DNA of 45,900 nucleotides, taken from a virus. Taxonomy: Duplodnaviria; Caudoviricetes. Under the pieces are notes generated by a model. That model had not been told where the DNA came from. It searched no databases and worked only from the letters and a program-made list of their open reading frames with translations. Made by a program: the position numbers and the translations under genes. Below, piece after piece: positions 27,224 to 36,522 of the stretch (positions are counted from its first letter, which is position 1; every line of letters starts with the position of its first letter). Location: the IMG/VR virus record IMGVR_UViG_3300037423_001962, positions 1 through 45,900 of that record; one strand, given 5' to 3'.

Positions 27224-29390
27224 TGAACCACTCCTCGAAGTCGACTTTCTCCGCCCAACGATGCGGATTAATTTCGACGTCTGATTTAATTGGAACATTT
27301 AACTTCACAGCATTTTGCATGGTATCGCGGATCCGAAGCACTTCTTCACGTGTGATTCCCTTCGGGCAATCGAACAACAACTCATCATGAATCTGAAGGC
27401 TAATAAAGGAATCTAACTCAGGCAGCACCTGCTGCAAATCGACAATGGCCTTCTTTAAAAGCGTTCCGGCACTGGACTGAATCGAAAAGTTACCCGCCAT
27501 TCTATCGCCACTTAACGCGTCGTATCGGTCACCTGATTTGTACTCGTTATGCAACCGTCTTTTACGTCCGAACAAATCGGTCACATAGTGATCCATGCGT
27601 GCTTTTTTCACTTGCTCGTCCATGAATTTCTTGATACCAGGGTAAGCACGGAAATAACCGTCGATGATTTCTTTTGCTTCTTTTTCGCTGATTTGCAACT
27701 GTTCAGCAAGTCCCTTCGGACTCATTCCGTATACGATTCCAAAGTTAATTGTCTTAGACGCTTTCCGCCATTTTTGCTCTTGGGAGCCGTCTATGTCTTT
27801 CTTTTCTTCGATTTGTTTGTACGCTTCTTCGAATGGAAGATGGGAAAGATAGATTTGGGCAGCGGTTGTCGAGTGCAAATCTTTTCCCGTTACGAATGCA
27901 TTAATCAAGATTGGGTCATTTGCATAATGGGCGAGCACTCTCAGTTCTATCTGCGAAAAGTCGATGGAAATGAAAATACGGTCACTCCCGCTCGGTAAAA
28001 ACAAATGGCGAATCTCTGGACGCTTTGCAGGAATTTGTTGTGTGTTTGGACTGCTGCAGGTAAACCGCCCTGTCGCCGCTCCCCACGTGTTGTGCCACGG
28101 GTGAATGTGATTATCGGACTTTACTTCGCCTGGTAGTTTTTGCGTGAATGCTTGGCGAAGTTTTGAGAGCTCGCGAATCGAAAGAATCTTTTCGATAACT
28201 GGATGTTCTTTTTTAATCTTTTTGAGAACCTTTACGCCCGTCGACCCTTTATCAGGATTCGGTAGATTTAATTCGTTAAAAAGCTTTTTCGACAGCTGTG
28301 CTGGCGAATTGATGTTAATTTCTTCGCCGAGTAGCTCGTAGATTTGCTGTTCTAACTGTTTCTCTTCTGCTTCCAATTTGGTGTCTAGGTCAATCGCCGC
28401 TTGCGTATTAAATCGAATCCCGCGTAAGTCGGAGCGAATAAATTCACGGCATACAGGCATTTCAATGTCGTACACTAGTTTTCGGATATCCGTTAGATCG
28501 CTTCGCTTTTCATACCAATGGTTGATAAAGTTAAACAACTTCATCGTAAGGCTTGTATCTTTGCAGGCATACACACACGCCACATCAATCGGAACTTCGT
28601 GGAATTTAGCCACATCAAAGAGTTCGTCGAAATTGCTAGACGGAATATCCAGCCAAAGCGTCGCTAAATCTTTCAGACGGTGGGACGCGTTTTCATCAAG
28701 CGACATCGCTCCGATTCGTGTATCAAACAAAAGCTTGTCCACTAAATTGATTCCGTATTTGATAAAAAACCATTTACAGTCGAAAGGGGCGTTGTGCATG
28801 ACGATCTGTTTTTCTTCCAATACATCTTTTAGTTCCGAGAAAACAAGGGTTGGCCAGGTTGAATCTGTTTGTTCTAGGTGCTGCAGCGGAATGTAGAAAT
28901 GTTCGTCCTTGTCCGTCGAAATCGAAAATCCTGCCATTTCACCCCGGAAGGGATCCAACGCCGCCCCCTTTTCGCCAAATGTCTCGCAGTCGATGGCAAG
29001 CACTTTCGCACCCTGAAGCTTTGCTTTGCTAAAGTGGAGACTCTCTTGCGTAGAAACTAAGTAGTAATTAGCAGGTTTCTCTTTTACCATGCTTGCGAGT
29101 CTTTCTTTTCGCTGTATATCTTCATAGAGTTTATAAAGTTCGAAGACTTCTTTTTTTGATAATTTCTTTGAACTCTCGCGGGTAAGTGTTCCGCTTTGAA
29201 GCATTCGTTCTACGGAGTTCACGATAGTGAGTTCCTCTTCACGAAGTTTCAGCGAGCGGATACGGTCAAACGCTTCATCCAACGTTTCTTCTTTTTTGGT
29301 TTTTATTTGTTTTACGCGTTGCATGGCTTTTTTACTCTTTTGTTCTTCTTTTGCTAATGCTTTAAAAACAAACCCCAACTCTTCCACCAC
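27216..29390 (-). CDS. polA: Family A DNA polymerase with 3'-5' exonuclease, no 5'-3' exonuclease domain
   Basis: IDCET, HNAPFD, YACKD exo motifs; TGRF, DFSQIELR, K.INFGIVYG, QIHDELLF. Confidence 0.97.
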   Translation of the reverse strand: MVEELGFVFKALAKEEQKSKKAMQRVKQIKTKKEETLDEAFDRIRSLKLREEELTIVNSVERMLQSGTLTRESSKKLSKKEVFELYKLYEDIQRKERLASMVKEKPANYYLVSTQESLHFSKAKLQGAKVLAIDCETFGEKGAALDPFRGEMAGFSISTDKDEHFYIPLQHLEQTDSTWPTLVFSELKDVLEEKQIVMHNAPFDCKWFFIKYGINLVDKLLFDTRIGAMSLDENASHRLKDLATLWLDIPSSNFDELFDVAKFHEVPIDVACVYACKDTSLTMKLFNFINHWYEKRSDLTDIRKLVYDIEMPVCREFIRSDLRGIRFNTQAAIDLDTKLEAEEKQLEQQIYELLGEEININSPAQLSKKLFNELNLPNPDKGSTGVKVLKKIKKEHPVIEKILSIRELSKLRQAFTQKLPGEVKSDNHIHPWHNTWGAATGRFTCSSPNTQQIPAKRPEIRHLFLPSGSDRIFISIDFSQIELRVLAHYANDPILINAFVTGKDLHSTTAAQIYLSHLPFEEAYKQIEEKKDIDGSQEQKWRKASKTINFGIVYGMSPKGLAEQLQISEKEAKEIIDGYFRAYPGIKKFMDEQVKKARMDHYVTDLFGRKRRLHNEYKSGDRYDALSGDRMAGNFSIQSSAGTLLKKAIVDLQQVLPELDSFISLQIHDELLFDCPKGITREEVLRIRDTMQNAVKLNVPIKSDVEINPHRWAEKVDFEEWFNG

Positions 29391-29432
29391 AAGTTCCCCC
29401 TATACGCAAAGAGAGGCTTTCGCCCCTCCGAA

Positions 29433-30071
29433 TTAAAATAGATTATCGAACAATGAAGGTTCTCCGTTATCCTCTTCGATTGGTTTTACTTCGTCCTCAT
29501 CACTGCCAATACCGAGCAGTTTTTCAAGGTATTCTTCTGTTGGCGGCTGCAATACGTTCATGTAAAACTCATCATCTACTTTTGCGTCAGGTACTTTAAA
29601 CAGATCCTTTTCGTTTGCTTTCACACGTAACGGCATAAGTGTGTAGGTGGTGCTTTGGGCGTCTGAACCGCTACGAGAAAGGACGACTGGGGTTGTGGTG
29701 GATTCTTCTTCATACTGGTCGGTGAAACTGTAAATGCTAGAAATGTACTTTTTCTTCGCTTCAAAGACGCGAACTTCACCAGCGTCGACATCATAGAATG
29801 GAACGAGCCAAACTTTCGAACGATTCACGCCGTTTTTGCAGCTGAGGCACTCTTTGCCATTTCGCGGATCAGAGCAGACGTGCGAGTGAATCTTTCGCGA
29901 GAAATCTCCGTGTTGATAGAATGCAATAAAGCTGTTTGTAAGCAAATAGCCGCGAACGCTTTGACCGTCTTTGAGTCTGATGTAGTTTGTCTTCTGACGC
30001 TGCGGAGCGTTCTCTGTTGCCTTTCGTGCGTCTTCTCCCTTGCCGATGATAAAGTCGTTTAAATTTGCCAT
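29433..30071 (-). CDS. Single-stranded DNA-binding protein (gp32-like, Zn-binding)
   Basis: HVC...CLSC, R.G....TTY, acidic tail ending SLFDNLF; upstream of polA. Confidence 0.8.
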   Translation of the reverse strand: MANLNDFIIGKGEDARKATENAPQRQKTNYIRLKDGQSVRGYLLTNSFIAFYQHGDFSRKIHSHVCSDPRNGKECLSCKNGVNRSKVWLVPFYDVDAGEVRVFEAKKKYISSIYSFTDQYEEESTTTPVVLSRSGSDAQSTTYTLMPLRVKANEKDLFKVPDAKVDDEFYMNVLQPPTEEYLEKLLGIGSDEDEVKPIEEDNGEPSLFDNLF

Positions 30072-30089
30072 TGGTGGTTGTCCTCCCAG

Positions 30090-30152
30090 AAATAAAATAG
30101 GGACATCTCATCCCCTCGATTAAATATCCGTGAGGTTTAGTTGAGATGTCCC
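30090..30152 (-). terminator. Terminator-like hairpin that embeds the ssb promoter
   Basis: 11-bp IR GGGACATCTCA (30152-30142) / TGAGATGTCCC (30110-30100) followed by TATTTTATTT. Confidence 0.6.
30125..30152 (-). promoter_or_regulatory. Putative phage-sigma promoter GGGACA-N16-CGGATA
   Basis: Exact hexamers, 16-bp spacer, upstream of ssb. Confidence 0.8.
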
Positions 30153-30169
30153 GCTTCGTGGGAAAATAT

Positions 30170-30838
30170 TTAACTTTTTTGGTACTCAGTTGCGTAGTCG
30201 CGAAGTCTCCCTACGGATCTTTCTACGCTGCTTTTTGACTTGTTAACCATTTCACCGATTTCTCGGTAGGTGTATCCTTGCGTAAGGAGTACGGCAATTT
30301 TTGCATCAATAGGAGATTTTGATTCTATGTATGCAAAGAGGTCCGTTTTCGTCTCGTCCATTTGAACTTCATAGGACGCTGATTTATCTTCTTGCTCCTG
30401 GGCGGTATAGTAAGAAGCACCGCCGTGATCTTCACTATTTCTCTCTTGCAATTCTTCAAAACTTACAGTCTTTAGAACTTCTTTTTCCTTGTATCTTCCG
30501 TTTTCATCTTTTACAGAACGTAATGTTTGGGAACGTACAACATCAAACTGTATTTTAGCAAGACGTACTTTCAGCCAATACTTAAATGGTTTTCCGGCAT
30601 TTACTTCAAAATTTTGAACGGCTTTTGCAAATTGTGCTACGTAGTGTGTATGAAAGTCATCTTCATCTACAGTTGGATATTTAATGTGATCTTGCGATGC
30701 ACGGATTTTCAGATAATTTTCATATCGTTTGAAAAGGTCACCTAGGGAAAATTCGTTTCCTTGCTGGTACTCTAAGGCTAACTGCTCGTCTGAAATTGTA
30801 TGTTGGTTACTCATGTATCGAATCCCTCCGAACGCCAT
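30170..30838 (-). CDS. Phage RNA polymerase sigma factor (SigH/ECF-like; start probably 30814)
   Basis: SDEQLA..YQ.G....L..LF.RY region 2; AV..F......PF..W; GYTYREIGE...KSKSSV region 4. Confidence 0.85.
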   Translation of the reverse strand: MAFGGIRYMSNQHTISDEQLALEYQQGNEFSLGDLFKRYENYLKIRASQDHIKYPTVDEDDFHTHYVAQFAKAVQNFEVNAGKPFKYWLKVRLAKIQFDVVRSQTLRSVKDENGRYKEKEVLKTVSFEELQERNSEDHGGASYYTAQEQEDKSASYEVQMDETKTDLFAYIESKSPIDAKIAVLLTQGYTYREIGEMVNKSKSSVERSVGRLRDYATEYQKS

Positions 30839-30839
30839 A

Positions 30840-31796
30840 TTATAGAAGTTTCAACCCGAAATCTTTCCGATTCTCTATTAAACTCGTAATCTCAGTAACT
30901 GTTAAATCGTTTGCGTCTTTAATTGTACGAGGAATACTCGACCAATCCACCGTTGAGATTGGAAAGTAGCCTGACAATTTCGTGGAGATTGTTTTTCTTG
31001 CAACATCTCCCCCTGCATCGTTATCCACAAATAGCAGGATTTCTGTGTCGCTTGGTAGGTAGCGAATCATCTTGGTTGCCTGTTCCTCTGAAAATTGATT
31101 TCCACCAATTGCAACCGCTGACGCTAGATTCGACTGCCAGACGGACATACAGTCAATTTCGGCTTCTGTTATGGCTAGGATCTTTTTGCTGGATTTAAGT
31201 GCTTTATCGAAGGAGTATAAGGTTTGTTTTTTGACGTTTGGCGGCATGGAAGGTTCATACCAAAAACTCTTCTGATGCACCTTTCTAAACTTGATTGAAA
31301 CGAGGTTTGAATGCTCGTCCCGGTACGGAATCGTGATTGCCTTTTTTTCGGTTGAGTATCCGATTTCAAAGAATCGCTGCCAAGGTTCACTGATTCCGCG
31401 TTTTGTCAGGTAAGGATGCCTATATTTGTATTTATCTAGCACGAAATCGCTTACGCTATACATTTCTTTTCTTTCGCTTTCCTCGAAATGTAAGTGAAGC
31501 GGTTCGTCTAAGGTATGACTATAGGTTCCATATACATCAACTAGGTATTCGAAGGCATCGTGAACGGTATCAAATCCGTCCAAATGCTTTACGAGTGTTT
31601 GGAAATTCCCACGAATGCCACAACCGAAGCATTGATACATCCCGTTTTCTTTGTGTACTCCGAACGAAGGAGAATGTTCGTTGTGAAACGGACAGCACGC
31701 CATGATGTTATTTCCCACGGTTCGGATGTTTTGCATCCCTTTTTCGTTTAGGTAGTCGTAAATGTCGACGTTTATTTCAATGGTATTTAATTTCAT
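30840..31796 (-). CDS. dnaG: DNA primase (CHC2 zinc finger + TOPRIM)
   Basis: CPFHNEHSPSF...CFGC, YL.KRGI, ITEAEID, DND.GG, KDAND. Confidence 0.93.
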   Translation of the reverse strand: MKLNTIEINVDIYDYLNEKGMQNIRTVGNNIMACCPFHNEHSPSFGVHKENGMYQCFGCGIRGNFQTLVKHLDGFDTVHDAFEYLVDVYGTYSHTLDEPLHLHFEESERKEMYSVSDFVLDKYKYRHPYLTKRGISEPWQRFFEIGYSTEKKAITIPYRDEHSNLVSIKFRKVHQKSFWYEPSMPPNVKKQTLYSFDKALKSSKKILAITEAEIDCMSVWQSNLASAVAIGGNQFSEEQATKMIRYLPSDTEILLFVDNDAGGDVARKTISTKLSGYFPISTVDWSSIPRTIKDANDLTVTEITSLIENRKDFGLKLL

Positions 31797-31817
31797 GGTT
31801 CAACCCCCTACCCAACA

Positions 31818-31845
31818 TATCCGTTAGATTTTGGGGAGTTGTCCC
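31818..31845 (-). promoter_or_regulatory. Putative phage-sigma promoter GGGACA-N16-CGGATA
   Basis: Exact hexamers, 16-bp spacer, upstream of primase. Confidence 0.8.
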
Positions 31846-32014
31846 GCTACCAAAAAAATATTTTTTCCTGTAAGGTAAAGCATACGAAACAGGTGTGTTT
31901 TTACCTGGAAATAGCTAACAAGCTTGTTACTGCCTGCCTCTTTATCATTATACTCTTTTGATTTTTTTAAATAAAGGCTCCTTTGTGGCTTTCTTTTTTT
32001 ACAATTTTATCCAA
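31824..32014 (-). pseudogene. Frameshifted small ORF with FRMLYLTG motif
   Basis: AAAGGGGGTG RBS + TTG 32014 gives 15 codons then TAA; -1 frame stays open to 31824. Confidence 0.4.
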
Positions 32015-32049
32015 TGATCACCCCCTTTCTGCCCCAACGTTTTGGAAGA

Positions 32050-33327
32050 TTAAAAAATATCTGTCGCTTTTCTCGGGGACATAATTCCATCATTTGGACA
32101 CCACGATAATTCCAATTCACAAATTCCCCCGTTACGAGATTTGATTACATTTAACAAGGCTTTTCCGCGAATCCGTCCTGTTTCTTCGTCTTTAAACGTG
32201 ACCGAATCAAATGAGTACAATACGTTCGGGTCCTGTAAAATTGCGATGGTGCTCGAGTAATCCTTCATGGAAGGTGCCTTTAATTCTCGGATTCCGTTTT
32301 CGTTCGCTTTGTTGTTTTTTTCATAGTCTCCACTTGCCTGATACAGTACGAAAATTACGACATTCAATTTCGCTGCAAGCTGCTTTAATTGACGAGAAAG
32401 AGCGGATCGGTCTTCGTGCGTATTGCCTTTAAAGCTCATTAGGTTAAACTGGTCGATGACCACAAACTGTGCTTTTGTTTTCAAAATGTCATGTTGAAGT
32501 TGTTCAATCGTGAGACCATTTGGCCAGTCTTCTGCTGTTTTAATAATCAGATCAGGACGATTCGTTACACCTTTTGCGAATTTGTCCGTGTAGTTTCTGT
32601 ATCGGTCTTCGTCGTATCCAAGACGCCCCGTACGAAGTCCTTTGTTTGAAAACCCGCCCTCTAATGTATCAAGACGCATTTGGTTTTCTTTTTTGCTCAT
32701 TTCTGCCGATTCAACAAGTACCGTATGCCCTGCTCGATTCGCAGCAAGAGCAGACAGAAGACCGAGCCACGATTTACCACGCGATGTAAACGCAATAAGG
32801 CCAATTAGATTACCTGGCTCATACTGGCCAATCGCTTCATCGACTTCCGGAAAGAGTGTTGGAATCGTTGTCATGTTATCTTCTTGTTTACTTCCTTGGT
32901 AGTCTTCAAAGCGTTCTTGCCCAGAAGTTGTCCAGTTCACTCCGTTTTTGCTTCGTGTCATTGTTATTTCGCTAAGCGTTTCAGCTGCTTGTAGTATCTT
33001 TTCTTGAAATTTGTACGCATCCATTTTCCCGAAATCTGCCGCAAGGGACTCTAGCATTTTACGTTGGGATAATTTCAAATTCCGTTCGATAAGCTTCAAA
33101 GCCAGTGTGTCAATAGATTCCGTTGCGTCTACGTATTCAAACTCAGGACATGCCATTACAACCGATTCAACACTTGGCATTTCCCCATATTCTACCAAGT
33201 GTTTTTCAATAAATGAATAGGCAGTTTTTTGATCGTGAAAGTTTTTTGCGTGGTTCAATCCGTGACGAACCAATGACCCAAAATCGCGTTTGGCGATAGC
33301 AGCATTTAGTAATTGCAATTCTATCAT
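32050..33327 (-). CDS. dnaB: Replicative DnaB-like helicase
   Basis: A.TSRGKSW Walker A, SAEM, VVIDQ, SR.LK.LA, K.RNG. Confidence 0.9.
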   Translation of the reverse strand: MIELQLLNAAIAKRDFGSLVRHGLNHAKNFHDQKTAYSFIEKHLVEYGEMPSVESVVMACPEFEYVDATESIDTLALKLIERNLKLSQRKMLESLAADFGKMDAYKFQEKILQAAETLSEITMTRSKNGVNWTTSGQERFEDYQGSKQEDNMTTIPTLFPEVDEAIGQYEPGNLIGLIAFTSRGKSWLGLLSALAANRAGHTVLVESAEMSKKENQMRLDTLEGGFSNKGLRTGRLGYDEDRYRNYTDKFAKGVTNRPDLIIKTAEDWPNGLTIEQLQHDILKTKAQFVVIDQFNLMSFKGNTHEDRSALSRQLKQLAAKLNVVIFVLYQASGDYEKNNKANENGIRELKAPSMKDYSSTIAILQDPNVLYSFDSVTFKDEETGRIRGKALLNVIKSRNGGICELELSWCPNDGIMSPRKATDIF

Positions 33328-33356
33328 TTTTCTTCCCCCGTTTTATTGATTTTTCA

Positions 33357-34055
33357 TTACAATTTTTTTCTGCGGTCTGGTCCCTTGTATTCCAGTGGAA
33401 CGGTCATGCCTTCAATTCGGCTTTTTAAGCGTGGTCCAAGTTGTTGGGTAAGCTCTGGAATCGTTAGGTTTGAACTGAAGAAAGTAGAAAGTTCATTATC
33501 GTAGCGATGGCCAATGAGTGTAAGAAGCCGTTCTTGTTGCCATTGGCTTGGTCGTTCCGCTCCAATATCATCAAAGAGAACAAGCGGGCAATCTTTTAAG
33601 CTTTCAAGAACTGCGTTTCCTTCTGCTGCAACTTCTGGATCGTCAAATCCACGTTTTAGTAAATCAAGTAAATCGGGCACATTTACGAATTGGACAAGTT
33701 GTTTCGTGCGAACACCGTTTCGTATATCCTGCAGCGATTTGTTCACAATGAACGTAATCGCGAGTGAACAGATCGCGGTAGTTTTTCCGTTTCCGGTGTT
33801 GCCGTACAAATATAGTCCTTGTCCTGCTTCTACCCGTTCCATATCATTTGCTGACCATTTTTTTAGTAAATTCAATGCGTAGGTATCCTCTGGTAGATTA
33901 TCGATGCGAAATTTTTGGTGACGCTTGGGAATTCCCGATAATTCAAGTTGATATTTTAAATCTATCCATAGCGGGCATAACGTCGAACATGAAATGTTAT
34001 GCTGCTTGCAGTTTGCTTGTGCTGGACATGTCTGTGCAATTTTTGGATCTAGCAT
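33357..34055 (-). CDS. DnaC/IstB-like helicase loader ATPase
   Basis: GLYLYGNTGNGKT, LFDDIGAE, SSNL, RLKSRI, GPDRR. Confidence 0.92.
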   Translation of the reverse strand: MLDPKIAQTCPAQANCKQHNISCSTLCPLWIDLKYQLELSGIPKRHQKFRIDNLPEDTYALNLLKKWSANDMERVEAGQGLYLYGNTGNGKTTAICSLAITFIVNKSLQDIRNGVRTKQLVQFVNVPDLLDLLKRGFDDPEVAAEGNAVLESLKDCPLVLFDDIGAERPSQWQQERLLTLIGHRYDNELSTFFSSNLTIPELTQQLGPRLKSRIEGMTVPLEYKGPDRRKKL

Positions 34056-34074
34056 AAAAAACTCCCCCTAGTAA

Positions 34075-34791
34075 TTAAATCCATCCCTTTGATTCCCATT
34101 CATCGAGTAAATCTACGCCGTCTTCTGTAGTGATAACAGGTTCAGGTGTTGCTTCTTTTTCATTTTCTTGGACTAGCGAGAAGGCTTGTTCATGAAGCCA
34201 AGATGTAAGAGCTCCCAATGTCGGGCGTAAATATTTGTTTGACTTCCAACGCTTTTCGTACAATCGAAACACGACTTCAATGATGTTTTTGATTTGCTGA
34301 CTGCTGTAGGTTCCCATCAGTTTCTGTTTCACTTGTGTTGAATCTTTCCCCCAAGCAGGTTTATACGGTGCCTTGTAGGTTTCTTCGTAACATTTACACC
34401 AATACACAATCACATCTTTTGCCGTTGTAAATTCCTCTGGAATGGAATTACTCATCTCAGGTTCTTTTAAAGAAAAAGATTCTAAAGAATTACTTGGGAT
34501 GGGTAAATTTTTACTCGTTATAGGCATCTTTAAAACTTCTATCGGTTCAATTCGATAGATGTTGCTTTCTTGTTTTCTCTCAACCAACGTCACCAATTTT
34601 GCGGTTTGCAGTTTGGACATGTAGTTATAAATTGTTTTTCGGGATTTAACGCCAAGGTACTCACTTAACTGTTCGTTTGTAAGGCTTACGGTATGTCCGT
34701 CTGAAAATTGTTGCATGATCGTGTATAAATGCCAGGCATCCGAGCCCATTTCCCGAAGAAGAGCGATAAATTCACTTCTCTTTAATTCCAT
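34075..34791 (-). CDS. Phage replication initiator / replisome organiser (N-terminal wHTH)
   Basis: LTNEQLSEYLG..SRKTI...M.KL....LV......SNIY; upstream of loader and helicase; internal copy of the 18-bp motif at 34499-34516. Confidence 0.75.
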   Translation of the reverse strand: MELKRSEFIALLREMGSDAWHLYTIMQQFSDGHTVSLTNEQLSEYLGVKSRKTIYNYMSKLQTAKLVTLVERKQESNIYRIEPIEVLKMPITSKNLPIPSNSLESFSLKEPEMSNSIPEEFTTAKDVIVYWCKCYEETYKAPYKPAWGKDSTQVKQKLMGTYSSQQIKNIIEVVFRLYEKRWKSNKYLRPTLGALTSWLHEQAFSLVQENEKEATPEPVITTEDGVDLLDEWESKGWI

Positions 34792-34825
34792 GAAAAAAGA
34801 CCTCCTTTTCTATCGTCACACTAGT

Positions 34826-34853
34826 TATCCGATAGATTTCGAGGTCTTGTCCC
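34826..34853 (-). promoter_or_regulatory. Putative phage-sigma promoter GGGACA-N16-CGGATA
   Basis: Exact hexamers, 16-bp spacer, upstream of initiator. Confidence 0.8.
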
Positions 34854-34868
34854 ACATCTATAAAATTT

Positions 34869-35939
34869 TTATTGGTTGTCGTCATCTTCGAAGAAATCTT
34901 CTGAATGTCTTTCGATTCCAAAGTAATTGTTCGCTGCCTGTAACATGCCGTCTACATCGTCTTGTGCATATTTTAAATCAATCATTTCATCTTCTCCGAT
35001 AATGCGTAGTTCTTCATTTTTACCTTCTGCGATAATTTGTCCATCTTCTCGAACGCTCATTGTTCCTCTGTATTTTGGATTCTTGTAAATTTTTTGAACG
35101 GTGGAAGTGTAAAACATTTTTCCTCCATTTGTTGGTGTGATGTCGTTGTCGTTTAAGAAGTCAGCAATTCTTTGGAAGGACATCCCCTTTTTACGAAGGT
35201 CAAACACCATTTGAATAATGTGCAATTCTTCTTCGTTGATGGTAAGTTTTTTATTTCCATTTTCGTCTATTTCTGTTTTGTATCCAGTTGGAATGCGTCC
35301 GACAGCGTGTCCACCTTTTTTCGTCTTTTGAATACGACCTGCTTTAAGGCGTGCGACAATCATTTCTTTATCGTACTCGTTAAAGGCACCAATGATTGTT
35401 CTTAACATATTGCGTACTGAATCGTTCCCAAGAAGGTCAGGTTCGCGGACGCTGATAACTTCAATTCCTTTTCTCCAAAAGTCAGCTAGGATATATTCTT
35501 GGATTTTGAAATCACGAGCCAAGCGATCTAAAGATGGAATAATCAGCGTTGTAACTTCTGGATGTGATTCTACGTACATTAGAATTTCTGCAATTTGTAC
35601 GCGGTCTTCGACATCAGACGCACCTGATATGCTGCCTTCGTTGAAGATATGTTGTAATTCGATTTTTGTTTTTTCTGCGTAAACTTCAATTGCGTCTTGT
35701 TGTGCGTCTAATCCGTTTCCGTCTGTTAACTGTCCATGAGTTGAAACGCGGATTAAACCAATGGCCACTTCTTTGTTCGCATTTTCTTTTCTGAATGTAA
35801 TCTTTTTCTTTTTTTCTTTCTTCTTTCTTTTCTCTTCTTTTTCTATATTTTTCATTTCACTATTTAATTGTTCCAGTTCTTTAACTCGTAGGCGAAGAGC
35901 CTCTAATTCTTGCATTTCTAAATTTGTCATTATAAACAT
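34869..35939 (-). CDS. Serine recombinase with catalytic + Recombinase domains
   Basis: IRVSTHGQ, SLDRLAR, G..P.GY, IADFLN, NPKYRG; no Zn-ribbon cysteines. Confidence 0.88.
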   Translation of the reverse strand: MFIMTNLEMQELEALRLRVKELEQLNSEMKNIEKEEKRKKKEKKKKITFRKENANKEVAIGLIRVSTHGQLTDGNGLDAQQDAIEVYAEKTKIELQHIFNEGSISGASDVEDRVQIAEILMYVESHPEVTTLIIPSLDRLARDFKIQEYILADFWRKGIEVISVREPDLLGNDSVRNMLRTIIGAFNEYDKEMIVARLKAGRIQKTKKGGHAVGRIPTGYKTEIDENGNKKLTINEEELHIIQMVFDLRKKGMSFQRIADFLNDNDITPTNGGKMFYTSTVQKIYKNPKYRGTMSVREDGQIIAEGKNEELRIIGEDEMIDLKYAQDDVDGMLQAANNYFGIERHSEDFFEDDDNQ

Positions 35940-36148
35940 CCCCTTTCGCTATATGTAATTTGTGTTCCCTCTTTTGTATTCATTCACACTATAAATCCAA
36001 TTTCCTTTTTTGTAAAGAAAAATTTGTGTTTATTTTTTTGTGTTCGTTTTTTTATTTATTTTTACCATTTTTTGTTTTTTCGTATTATACTAAAAAAGAT
36101 AGGTAGGAAATACTATAGCACTACATTAAAAGTGGGAGGAGTGATCGT

Positions 36149-36514
36149 ATGAAAATATGGGGGCGTTTCTTTAGTTTGTTAAAGCGTGTTAAATTACATA
36201 AAGCAGATGTTGAATTAGTAACGCTTAATTTGCGAGTTCCAAAGGGATTGCATCGTTTGTTTGTTGAAGATGCAAGATTGAATTCCGATAAAGTTGTTAA
36301 AACTTCTTTAAATGATTTCATTTTAACGTTGGCTATGGATGCTGGCGGATATGACCAGAAGCTAAACGAAAACGGAGAATACGAATTCATTCGCGGAGAC
36401 TTAAGCAATGTAAATGGACAATTCGTTAGTTTAGAAGAATGCTTAGAAAAGAAACTTGAAACCATTTTGAAGTTCATGTCGGACGATAAGGATAATAAAG
36501 AAACCACCGAATAA
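36149..36514 (+). CDS. Arc/ribbon-helix-helix-like DNA-binding protein
   Basis: VTLNLRVPKGLHR.F...A......SLNDFI; GGGAGGAG RBS; divergent from recombinase. Confidence 0.6.
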   Translation: MKIWGRFFSLLKRVKLHKADVELVTLNLRVPKGLHRLFVEDARLNSDKVVKTSLNDFILTLAMDAGGYDQKLNENGEYEFIRGDLSNVNGQFVSLEECLEKKLETILKFMSDDKDNKETTE

Positions 36515-36522
36515 GGTGGTTT

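Noticed and set aside
21236-29390. Introns or inteins in nrdA, nrdB or polA
   Set aside because: ORFs are continuous and of normal length, with no splice-junction motifs noticed
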